From NCBI GenBank assembly GCA_036172245.1, contig JAYWIR010000078.1, positions 1-64,000 of the forward strand: a DNA stretch of 64,000 bases, in the 5' to 3' direction. The notes under the pieces were generated by a model. That model was not told where the DNA came from. It saw only the letters and a list, made by a program, of their open reading frames with translations, and searched no databases. Within the stretch, counting starts at the first letter, position 1. Each line of letters opens with the position of its first letter. Origin of the DNA: Raillietiella orientalis (Eukaryota). Positions 49,101 to 60,845 of this stretch are shown here, piece by piece. The position numbers and the translations under genes were made by a program.

Positions 49101-51350
49101 CTCTCAGGGAGCAATCCATCCCCCAAGTAACGTTCGGTAAAGAACATCCCTCATGTACTTCCCATGTCCCCGAATCGACGTTGCAGATCGCAATATTTTT
49201 ACGGTCGCTATCCTGAAAAAGTAGTATCCTTGCGCTAAGGGCTGCAACGGGCATGTTATCCATGCAACTTCGTTACTCATGCAATTTCCAGGTAGCGGTG
49301 CAAAGAAACCAAAAAGGAAGAGGAGAAAAAAAAAAAGGACACAAAAAAAAAAAACGTCCATCCTCCAATGGAAGCAGCACACACAGAGTGCATCCCTCCC
49401 TGCTAAGAGCAAAACGACAGCTTCCCGGTCGACCAGGTAGGCGGTTGCCCTCATTTGGAACGCTCGAGTCTCTTCCTCAACCATCCCTGTAACCAGCCCG
49501 ACCACCGGTTTCCGCACACGCGGCTCTCAGGGAGCAATCCATCCCCCAAGTAACGTTCGGTAAAGAACATCCCTCATGTACTTCCCATGTCCCCGAATCG
49601 ACGTTGCAGATCGCAATATTTTAACAGTCGATATCCTCAAAAAGTAGTATCCTTGCGCTAAGGGCTGCAACGGGCATGTTATCCATGCAACTTCGTTACT
49701 CATGCAATTTCCAGGTAGCGGTGCAAAGAAACCAAAAAGGAAGAGGAGAAAAAAAAAAAGGACACGGAAAAAAAAAACGTCCATCCTCCAATGGAAGCAG
49801 CACACACAGAGTGCATCCCTTCCTGCTGAGATGAGAAGGAAGGCTCCCCGGTCGACCAGGTAGGCGGTTGCCCTCATTTGGAACGCTCGAGTCTCTTCCT
49901 CAACCATCCCTGTAACCACCCCGACCACCGGTTTCCGCACACGCCGCTCTCATGGAGCAATCCATCCCCCAAGTAACGTTCGGTAAAGAACATCCCTCAT
50001 GTACTTCCCATGTCCCCGAATCCACGTTGCAGATCGCAATATTTTTACGGTCGATATCCTCAAAAAGTAGTATCCTTGCGCTAAGGGCTGCAACGGGCAT
50101 GTTATCCATGCAACTTCGTTACTCATGCAATTTCCAGGTAGCGGTGCAAAGCAACCAAAAAGGAAGAGGAGAAAAAAAAAAGGACACAAAAAAAAAAAAC
50201 GTCCACCCTCCAATGGAAGCAGCACACACACAGTGCATCCCTCCCTGCTGAGAGGAAAAGGACGGCTTCCCGGTCGACCAGGTAGGCGGTTGCCCTCATT
50301 TGGAACGCTCGAGTCTCTTCCTCAACCATTCCTGTAACCACTTCGACCACCGGTTTCCGCTCACGCCGCTCTCATGGAGCAATCCATCCCCCAAGTAACG
50401 TTCGGTAAAGAACATCCCTCATGTACTTCCCATGTCCCCGAATCCACGTTGCAGATCGCAATATTTTTACGGTCGCTATCCTCAAAAAGTAGTATCCTTG
50501 CGCTAAGGGCTGCAACGGGCATGTTATCCATGCAACTTCGTTACTCATGCAATTTCCAGGTAGCGGTGCAAAGCAACCAAAAAGGAAGAGGAGAAAAAAA
50601 AAAAGGACACCAAAAAAAAAAACGTCCATCCTCCAATGGAAGCAGCACACATAGAGTGCATCCCTCCCTGCTGACAGGAAAAGGACAGCTTCCCTGTCGA
50701 CCAGGTAGGCGGTTGCCCTCATTTGGAACGCTCGAGTCTCTGCTGTAATCATTCATGTAACCACTTCGACCACCGGTTTCCGCTCACGCCGCTCTCATGG
50801 AGCAATCCATCCCCCAAGTAACGTTCGGTAAAGAACATCCCTCATGTACTCTCCATGTCCCCGAATCCACGTTGATGAAAGCAATGTTTTAACGCTCGCT
50901 ATCCTCAAAGAGTTGTATTCTTGCGCTAAGAGCTGCAACGGGCATGATTTCGAGGCAGCTTCGGTGCTCATAAAGTTTCCAGGTAGCCAAGTAAACCACG
51001 CAAAAAGGAAGAGGAGAAAAAAAAAGAGGACGCGGAAAAAAAAAACGTCCATCCTCCAATGGAAGCATCAGATGCAGAGTGTATCCATCGCTGCTGAGAG
51101 CAAAAATACAGCTTCCCGGTCTCCGAGGTAGGCTTCTGCCTTGAGTTGGAATTTACGTGTGATTGCCCGGTCCATCCAGTTAATCCATACTTCGAGCCAC
51201 CCTTCCCACGGCTTCCTATTCCCTTACTCTCTCCAGGAGGAATCCTTCTCCTGCAAATTGTTCGAAACTGAATATCCCCCATGTTTCCCCCATCTCCCCG
51301 TGTCCTCTTTGAAGTTGGGAATTTCTTTCCGGTCGATTTCCAAAGGAAAT
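43181..51350 (-). repeat. ~423-bp tandem satellite array in inverted orientation (about 19 copies including degenerate terminal units)
   Basis: ggagcaatccatccccc recurs every ~421-424 bp from 43186 to ~50800; degenerate copies continue to ~51350. Confidence 0.97.
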
Positions 51351-52139
51351 CTGTGTTTGTGTGGATTTGTGTTTGGTCATCGAGGCATGGCCGTCCCTGT
51401 TGGTTGCAAATCCCCATTTTTGTCTGTTTTTTTTTATAGGGGATCGAAAGTCCCGAAGGTTATTCCAACCTCAGGTCAGCGACGCTGTTTTTGGGTTTTG
51501 TGTAGGGTGTGAATGTTGGTTTGGAAGAATTGCATTTTGTTCAAAAGTTGTCTGCAACTCTGTCGTCCACAACTGACCGTCGTTGTAAGCGAAAGGAAAT
51601 GGAAAATGTGAAAGTGGTAATGGGAAATGTTTATGCAAAAAAATAATTTAAATGCAATCCCTCAATGTAAAAAAATCGAAAAGAAAAAACAGCGAAACCA
51701 AAAGAAAGAAATGCAAAAAAAAAGAAACCAAAAGAACAAGAAAAAAAACCCAAAAGAAAAAAAGGGAAAGATAAAACGTAAAATAGATTCGAAAATGAAA
51801 AGTAGGAGGTATAGATGCTCATATTTTTTTGAAAACTTTGTTTCCTGGGGAATGAACCCCGAATTTTGGACGACCATTTGCTCCCATTGGAGGGCGCAGT
51901 GCTTTCGCTTCCACGGCACTCGCAATTGGAGTGCTCAAAGACGAAACTGTCCTCTGTACATCTCAGCTCTTCCCGCTTTCTTCTAGTAGAAAATGGCTGC
52001 TCTCCTTCTGGTGGGCCGAACCCTTTTTTGCAAACTATCCGCTCTTCTTCTTGGCATCCCACAACGATCCATCCTCCCCGTTCACTGGCAACGATCTTTG
52101 GATTCAAATCTATAGGGTACCTGTACCATGAATTTTCCC

Positions 52140-55100
52140 ATGAAGAGTCGCCTCAGTTCACCAACTGACTTTCACAGGTACATCGCGACGATTCTCTTGC
52201 TCTTCGCACCACCATCAGCGCGGGAGTCACCCTACCCCCGAGGAAGCTCCTGGGCGTTGATCCGTCACGCTCATTTCGCCCCTCTCCCTCCCACCGAGTT
52301 GTACTTGGCTGTGTGCCAAGTGATCTGGTTACTAACGTTAGTAGGATCGAATACCCAGCAGTGAAATCGACAGTTTGTGAATGCGATGCGCGATCCCTGG
52401 TGTTCCATCGCCACATTTCATCTCCAGAATGTCTCTCCCCTTCGGAGTTGAGGCTGTGAAAGCAGCACAGCCCTCTTCCTGCGTCTCGTAGAGCTCAGAG
52501 CTCGTTACCGCCGAGCGGGCCTGTTGCTCTATGGAGAAATTTTGTTCCCTACTTCTTCCTCCCGAAAACGTGGAGAGTTCTTCACCTTGCATGGACCCAA
52601 TTTCCGTTTCCCCCATTCCACTGTTTGTTCCCTGAAGCGTGGATGTGCAAGCGATCTGCACCGTTTGGATGTAGTTCCTGTCGGCCGAGTTACCCCGGCG
52701 ATTCCGCCCGTCGTCAGTGGGCTGGCTTGACCTGCGGTCTCTCCGCGTGCGATGCTTCGCTTTGTGTTGTCACACGTTTCCCTTGAGGATTTGCTTCTGC
52801 AGGCCAACGAAATTTGATTGCAACATGGTTACGATTCTCTTCTCCAACGCACCACCATCAGCCCGGGAGTCACCCTACCCCCCGAGGATGCTCCTGGGCG
52901 TTGCACCGTCACGCTCATTTCGCCCCTCTCCCTCCCACCGAGTTGTACTTGGCTGTGTGCCAAGTGATCTGGTTACTAACGTTAGTAGGATCGAATACCC
53001 AGCAGTGAAATCGACAGTTTGTGAATGCGATGCGCGATCCCTGGTGTTCCATCGCCACATTTCATCTCCAGAATGTCTCTCCCCTTCGGAGTTGAGGCTG
53101 TGAAAGCAGCACAGCCCTCTTCCTGCGTCTCGTAGAGCTCAGAGCTCGTTACCGCCGAGCGGGCCTGTTGCTCTATGGAGGAATTTTTTTCCCTACTTCT
53201 TGCTCCCGAAAACGTGGAGAGTTCTTCACCTTGCATGGACCCAATTTCCGTTTCCCCCATTCCACTGTTTGTTCCCTGAAGCGTGGATGTGCAAGCGATC
53301 TGCACCGTTTGGATGTAGTTCCTGTCGGCCGAGTTACCCCGGCGATTCCGCCCGTCGTCAGTGGGCTGGCTTGACCTGCGGTCTCTCCCGTGCGATGCTT
53401 CGCTTTGTGTTGTCACACGTTTCCCTTGAGGATTTGCTTCTGCAGGCCAACGAAATTTGATTGCAACATGGTTACGATTCTCTTCTCCAACGCACCACCA
53501 TCAGCCCGGGAGTCACCCTACCCCCCGAGGATGCTCCTGGGCGTTGCACCGTCACGCTCATTTCGCCCCTTCCCTCCCACCGAGTTGTACTTGGCTGTGT
53601 GCCAAGTGATCTGGTTACTAACGTTAGGGATCGAATACCCAGCAGTGAAATCGACAGTTTGTGAATGCGATGCGCGTTCCCTGTGTTCCATCGCCACATT
53701 TCAGATCCAGAATGTCTCTCCCCTTCGGAGTTGAGGCTGTGAAAGCAGCACAGCCCTCTTCCTGCGTCTCGTAGAGCTCAGAGCTCGTTACCGCCGAGCG
53801 GGCCTGTTGCTCTATGGAGGAATTTTTTTCCCTACTTCTTGCTCCCGAAAACGTGGAGAGTTCTTCACCTTGCATGGACCCAATTTCCGTTTCCCCCATT
53901 CCACTGTTTGTTCCCTGAAGCGTGGATGTGCAAGCGATCTGCACCGTTTGGATGTAGTTCCTGTCGGCCGAGTTACCCCGGCGATTCCGCCCGTCGTCAG
54001 TGGGCTGGCTTGACCTGCGGTCTCTCCGCGTGCGATGCTTCGCTTTGTGTTGTCACACGTTTCCCTTGAGGATTTGCTTCTGCAGGCCAACGAAATTTGA
54101 TTGCAACATGGTTACGATTCTCTTCTCCAACGCACCACCATCAGCCCGGGAGTCACCCTACCCCCCGAGGATGCTCCTGGGCGTTGCACCGTCACGCTCA
54201 TTTCGCCCCTCTCCCTCCCACCGAGTTGTACTTGGCTGTGTGCCAAGTGATCTGGTTACTAACGTTAGTAGGATCGAATACCCAGCAGTGAAATCGACAG
54301 TTTGTGAATGCGATGCGCGATCCCTGGTGTTCCATCGCCACATTTCATCTCCAGAATGTCTCTCCCCTTCGGAGTTGAGGCTGTGAAAGCAGCACAGCCC
54401 TCTTCCTGCGTCTCGTAGAGCTCAGAGCTCGTTACCGCCGAGCGGGCCTGTTGCTCTATGGAGAAATTTTTTTCCCTACTTCTTGCTCCCGAAAACGTGG
54501 AGACTTCTTCACCTTGCATGGACTCACTATCCGATTCCTCCATTCCACTGTTTGTTCCCTGAAGCGTGGATGTGCAAGCGATCTGCAGCGTGTGGATGTA
54601 GTTCCTGTCGGTCAAATTGCGCCTGCGGGTCCTCCCGGCGCATGGGCCGGCTTGGTCATGGTCTCTCCGCGTGCGATGCTTCGTTTTGTGTTGTCACACG
54701 TTTCCCTTGAGGATTTGCTTCTGCAGGCCAACGAAATTTGAATGCAACATTGTTACGATTCTCTTCTCCAACGCACCACCATCATCCGGGAGCCACCCTA
54801 CCCCCCGAGGATGCTCCTGTGCCTTGCACCGTCACGCTCATTTCGTCCCTCTCCCTCCCACCGAGTTGCACCTGTGCGCCAAGTGATCTGGTTACTAACG
54901 TTAGTAGGTTCGAATACCGTGCAATGAAATCGACAGTTTGTGAATGCGCTGCGTGATCCCTGGTCTTCCATCGCCACATTTCAGCTGCAGAATGTCTCTC
55001 CCCTTCGGAGTTGAGGCTGTGAAAGCAGCACAGCCCTCTTCCTGCGTCTCGTAGAGCTCAGAGCTCGTTACCGCCGAGCGGGCCTGTTGCTCTATGGAGG

Positions 55101-58100
55101 AATTTTTTTCCCTACTTCTTGCTCCCGAAAACGTGGAGACTTCTTCACCTTGCATGGACTCACTCTCCGTTTCCCCCATTCCACTGTTTGTTCCCTGAAG
55201 CGTGGATGTTCAAGCGATCTGATGCTTGCGGCTGTAGTTCCGGACGGTCAAATTGCGCCTGCGGGTCCTCCCGGCGCATGTGGGCCGGCTTGGTCAGCGG
55301 TCTCTCCGCGTGCGATGCTTCGTTTTGTGTTGTCACACGTTTCCCTTGAGGATTTGCTTCTGCAGGCCAACGAAATTTGAATGCAACATTGTTACGATTC
55401 TCTTCTCCAACGCACCACCATCAGTCCGGGAGCCACCCTACCCCCCGAGGATGCTCCTGTGCCTTGCACCGTCACGCTCATTTCGTCCCTCTCCCTCCCA
55501 CCGAGTTGCACTTGGCGGCGTGCCAAGTGATCTGGTTACTAACGTTAGTACGTTCGACTACCGTCCAATGAAATCGACAGTTTGTGAATGCGCTGCGTCA
55601 TCCCTGGTCTTCCATCGCCACATTTCAGCTGCAGAATGTCTCTCCCCTTCGGAGTTGAGGCTGTGAAAGCAGCACAGCCCTCTTCCTGCGTCTCGTAGAG
55701 CTCAGAGCTCGTTACCGCCGAGCGGGCCTGTTGCTCTATGGAGAAATTTTTTTCCCTACTTCTTGCTCCCGAAAACGTGGAGAGTTCTTCACCTTGCATG
55801 GACTCACTCTCCGTTTCCCCCATTCCACTGTTTGTTCCCTGAAGCGTGGATGTGCAAGCGATCTGCACCGTTTGGATGTAGTTCCTGTCGGCCGAGTTAC
55901 CCCGGCGATTCCGCCCGTCGTCAGTGGGCTGGCTTGACCTGCGGTCTCTCCGCGTGCGATGCTTCGCTTTGTGTTGTCACACGTTTCCCTTGAGGATTTG
56001 CTTCTGCAGGCCAACGAAATTTGATTGCAACATGGTTACGATTCTCTTCTCCAACGCACCACCATCAGCCCGGGAGTCACCCTACCCCCCGAGGATGCTC
56101 CTGGGCGTTGCATCGTCACGCTCATTTCGCCCCTCTCCCTCCCACCGAGTTGTACTTGGCTGTGTGCCAAGTGATCTGGTTACTAACGTTAGTAGGATCG
56201 AATACCCAGCAGTGAAATCGACAGTTTGTGAATGCGATGCGCGATCCCTGGTGTTCCATCGCCACATTTCATCTCCAGAATGTCTCTCCCCTTCGGAGTT
56301 GAGGCTGTGAAAGCAGCACAGCCCTCTTCCTGCGTCTCGTAGAGCTCAGAGCTCGTTACCGCCGAGCGGGCCTGTTGCTCTATGGAGAAATTTTGTTCCC
56401 TACTTCTTCCTCCCGAAAACGTGGAGAGTTCTTCACCTTGCATGGACCCAATTTCCGTTTCCCCCATTCCACTGTTTGTTCCCTGAAGCGTGGATGTGCA
56501 AGCGATCTGCACCGTTTGGATGTAGTTCCTGTCGGCCGAGTTACCCCGGCGATTCCGCCCGTCGTCAGTGGGCTGGCTTGACCTGCGGTCTCTCCGCGTG
56601 CGATGCTTCGCTTTGTGTTGTCACACGTTTCCCTTGAGGATTTGCTTCTGCAGGCCAACGAAATTTGATTGCAACATGGTTACGATTCTCTTCTCCAACG
56701 CACCACCATCAGCCCGGGAGTCACCCTACCCCCCGAGGATGCTCCTGGGCGTTGCACCGTCACGCTCATTTCGCCCCTCTCCCTCCCACCGAGTTGTACT
56801 TGGCTGTGTGCCAAGTGATCTGGTTACTAACGTTAGTAGGATCGAATACCCAGCAGTGAAATCGACAGTTTGTGAATGCGATGCGCGTTCCCTGTGTTCC
56901 ATCGCCACATTTCAGATCCAGAATGTCTCTCCCCTTCGGAGTTGAGGCTGTGAAAGCAGCACAGCCCTCTTCCTGCGTCTCGTAGAGCTCAGAGCTCGTT
57001 ACCGCCGAGCGGGCCTGTTGCTCTATGGAGGAATTTTTTTCCCTACTTCTTGCTCCCGAAAACGTGGAGAGTTCTTCACCTTGCATGGACCCAATTTCCG
57101 TTTCCCCCATTCCACTGTTTGTTCCCTGAAGCGTGGATGTGCAAGCGATCTGCACCGTTTGGATGTAGTTCCTGTCGGCCGAGTTACCCCGGCGATTCCG
57201 CCCGTCGTCAGTGGGCTGGCTTGACCTGCGGTCTCTCCGCGTGCGATGCTTCGCTTTGTGTTGTCACACGTTTCCCTTGAGGATTTGCTTCTGCAGGCCA
57301 ACGAAATTTGATTGCAACATGGTTACGATTCTCTTCTCCAACGCACCACCATCAGCCCGGGAGTCACCCTACCCCCCGAGGATGCTCCTGGGCGTTGCAC
57401 CGTCACGATCATGTCGCCCCTCTCCCTCCCACCGAGTTGCACTTGGCTGTGTGCCAAGTGATCTGGTTACTAACGTTAGTAGGATCGAATACCCAGCAGT
57501 GAAATCGACAGTTTGTGAATGCGATGCGCGATCCCTGGTTCCATCGCCACATTTCAGATCCAGAATGTCTCTCCCCTTCGGAGTTGAGGCTGTGAAAGCA
57601 GCACAGCCCTCTTCCTGTGTCTCGTAGAGCTCAGAGCTCGTTACCGCCGAGCGGGCCTGTTCCTCTATGGAGAAATTTTGTTCCCTACTTCTTGCTCCCG
57701 AAAACGTGGAGACTTCTTCACCTTGCATGGACCCATTTTCCGTTTCCCCCATTCCACTGTTCGTTCCCTGAAGCGTGGATGTGCAAGCGATCTGGAGCGT
57801 GTGGATGTAGTTCCTGTCGGTCGAGTTACCCCGGCGATTCCGCCCGTCGTCAGTGGGCTGGCTTGACCTGCGGTCTCTCCGCGTGCGATGCTTCGCTTTG
57901 TGGTGTCACTCGTTTCCCTTGAGGATTTGGCTCTGCAGGCTAACGAAATTTGATTGCAATATTGTCACGATTCTATTCTCCAACGCACCACCATCAGCCC
58001 GGGAGCCACCCTACCCCCCGAGGATGCTCCTGGGCGTTGCACCGTCACACTCATTTCTCCCCTCACCCTCCCACCGAGTTGCACTTGGCGGTGTCCCAAG

Positions 58101-59450
58101 TGATCTGGTTACTAACGTTAGTACGATCGAATGCCCAGCAGTGAAATCGACAGTTTGTGAATACGATGCGCGATCCCTGGTGTTCCATCGACACATTTCA
58201 GATCCAGAATGTCTCTCCCCTTCGAGTTGGGGCTGTGAAAGCAGCACAGCCCTCTTCCTGCGTCTCGTAGAGCTCAGAGCTCGTTACCGCCGAGCGGGCC
58301 TGTTGCTCTATGGAGGAATTTTTTTCCCTACTTCTTGCTCCCGAAAACGTGGAGAGTTCTTCACCTTGCATGGACCCAATTTCCGTTTCCCCCATTCCAC
58401 TGTTTGTTCCCTGAAGCGTGGATGTGCAAGCGATCTGCACCGTGTGGATGTAGTTCCTGTCGGCCGAGTTACCCCGGCGATTCCGCCCGTCGTCAGTGGG
58501 CTGGCTTGACCTGCGGTCTCTCCGCGTGCGATGCTTCGCTTTGTGTTGTCACACATTTCCCTTGAGGATTTGCTTCTGCAGGCCAACGAAATTTGATTGC
58601 AACATGGTTACGATTCTCTTCTCCAACGCACCACCATCAGCCCGGGAGTCACCCTACCCCCCGAGGATGCTCCTGGGCGTTGCACCGTCACGCTCATTTC
58701 GCCCCTCTCCCTCCCACCGAGTTGCACTGGGCGGTGTCCCAAGTGATCTGGTTACTAACGTTAGTAAGATCGAATACCCAGCAGTGAAATCGACAGTTTG
58801 TGAATGCGATGCGCGTTCCCTGTGTTCCATCGCCACATTTCAGATCCAGAATGTCTCTCCCCTTCGGAGTTGAGGCTGTGAAAGCAGCACAGCCCTCTTC
58901 CTGCGTCTCGTAGAGCTCAGAGCTCGTTACCGCCGAGCGGGCCTGTTGCTCTATGGAGGAATTTTTTTCCCTACTTCTTGCTCCCGAAAACGTGGAGACT
59001 TCTTCACCTTGCATGGACCCACTTTCCGTTTCCCCCATTCCACTGTTCGTTCCCTGAAGCGTGGATGTGCAAGCGATCTGGAGCGTGTGGATGTAGTTCC
59101 TGTCGGTCGAGTTACCCCGGCGATTCCGCCCGTCGTCAGTGGGCTGGCTTGACCTGCGGTCTCTCCGCGTGCGATGCTTCGCTTTGTGGTGTCACTCGTT
59201 TCCCTTGAGGATTTGGCTCTGCAGGCCAACGAAATTTGATTGGAACACCGTTACGATTCTCTTCTCCAACGCACCACCATCAGCCCGGGAGCCATCCTAC
59301 CCCCCGAGGATGCTCCTGGGCATGGAAATGTGACGCTGATTCCTCCTCTTTTCCATCTCACGAGTTGCACTTGGGTTTGTGCCAAGTGGTTTGGTTTCTC
59401 GTGTCACTACACTCTACTTTGTGGAACTGAAATCCGTTCCTTCTGGATGC
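52140..59450 (+). repeat. ~644-bp tandem satellite array (about 11.5 copies)
   Basis: acgattct.tt recurs at ~52188, 52831, 53474, 54114, 54755, 55394, 56038, 56682, 57325, 57968, 58610 and 59253 (period 639-644). Confidence 0.97.
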
Positions 59451-60399
59451 GTGACTTTGAAATGGTTGTACCGCTACGGGCAATTGTTCTCTTTGGTGGA
59501 GGTCCTCCAAGGATGTTTCCCATTGGGTACGCAGGTCGACTGGAGTCCTCTCTGCAGAGGCCATCAGTCTTGTCGACCACCTTCTCTTTTAAGGAGTGGC
59601 GATCGTTGTGGGTGCCTGTCTTCCTGTTTTTATTCTTTGCAATGCTTTGCAGCTTTTTTTTTGTTCTCTTTTGAATTGAATTTTTTTTTTGACTGGTGGT
59701 TTTTTTGTTCTGAAGTGATGTCTGCTGTGTGCCTTTGTTCTCGGATTTTACCTGGGTTTGCCCCGGCCGATTGGGTTTTCGATGTTCTTTTGTGTGTCAA
59801 TGCACAGCTTGCATGGTGTTTTATTTTTTTTTTTGTTTTGATCACCTGAGTGGATTGCAGGTTCGGTGATATACCCATGGTGGGTGTGGATTTGGATTTG
59901 CTCTCTTTTGGTTCTCCTGTGTGGTGATTTTTACTTGCACTGTTTGCCAAATTATTTGTGATTTTTTGGTTTTCTCCCCTCAGCAGCCTGGTTGTTTTGC
60001 TGGCTGGCTGCGAGATTTTTGCAAGGAGTGTTTGTGATGTGATGGCCATGGCTTTTTTTTTTTTTTTCTTTGGTGCACGGTTGGCAGAGTGCCAACCGAT
60101 GTGACCTTTTGTTTGTGGTATTGTCGGTGTATCTTGTTGACACCTTGGTTGTTGGTTCTGCTCATTGTTTTTTGTTGTTGGTCATTCCTGGTCCCTCCCG
60201 GGATTTTCCTTTGGCCTTCACCCCCCTCCCCGTCCCACTTATTTTTTTTTTGATCTACCAACATTGGAAGTATTTTTTTCCTGTGGATCACTCCTGGAGA
60301 AGAGCTTTCGGACACATGGAGCATCGGATTGGAAGGACTTGAAGCAGAACTTTCCTGGAAGTTGGAGTGGTGAGTTGTTTCTCATGTTTGTCGCATTGG

Positions 60400-60845
60400 T
60401 GGGTTGTTGATGAGGGATAAGATTGTCACCAATTGCAATGATACAAATTTTGTAATCAAGTTTCGCTTGGTTATGAGGTACTTCTAGACGAATAGCCCCT
60501 GTAGATGTTTATTTTCTTGAGATGTTAGGTGAGTTGATTTTCTTGTGAGTATCTGTAAATATGGTTTTGTGATGGAAAACAAAAATGTGTGTTTTAGTGT
60601 AAATTGGCAGTATTTTGAAAGAATCGTAATCATCTGAAATGTACTTACGTCATTTTGTTGCATAACTTAGTTTTCTTGATAATTTTCTTTCTACGAACCG
60701 TGGGCAAAGGCTTGGTCAATGTTAATTTTAGTTTCTGTTGCTGTCAATAAAGCAGGAGTAGAGGTATTGAATTGATTTCTAGAAGAAGTGTGAATAGAGA
60801 TGATGCTGAGTTTGTATTGGGAATTGACTTTGTTTGCATTTTCTT
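60400..60845 (-). mobile_element. Decayed APE-endonuclease remnant of a non-LTR retrotransposon
   Basis: Minus-strand motifs in the expected order: NANKVNS..ALLTATETKI (60840-60725), NIYRG (~60500), CIIAIGDNL (~60425); interrupted by stops. Confidence 0.45.

Noticed and set aside
41562..51140. Right arm as an assembly-generated mirror of the left arm
   Set aside because: The arms differ by many substitutions, a 9-bp indel and distinct monomer haplotypes and order. Read-level confirmation is still advisable.
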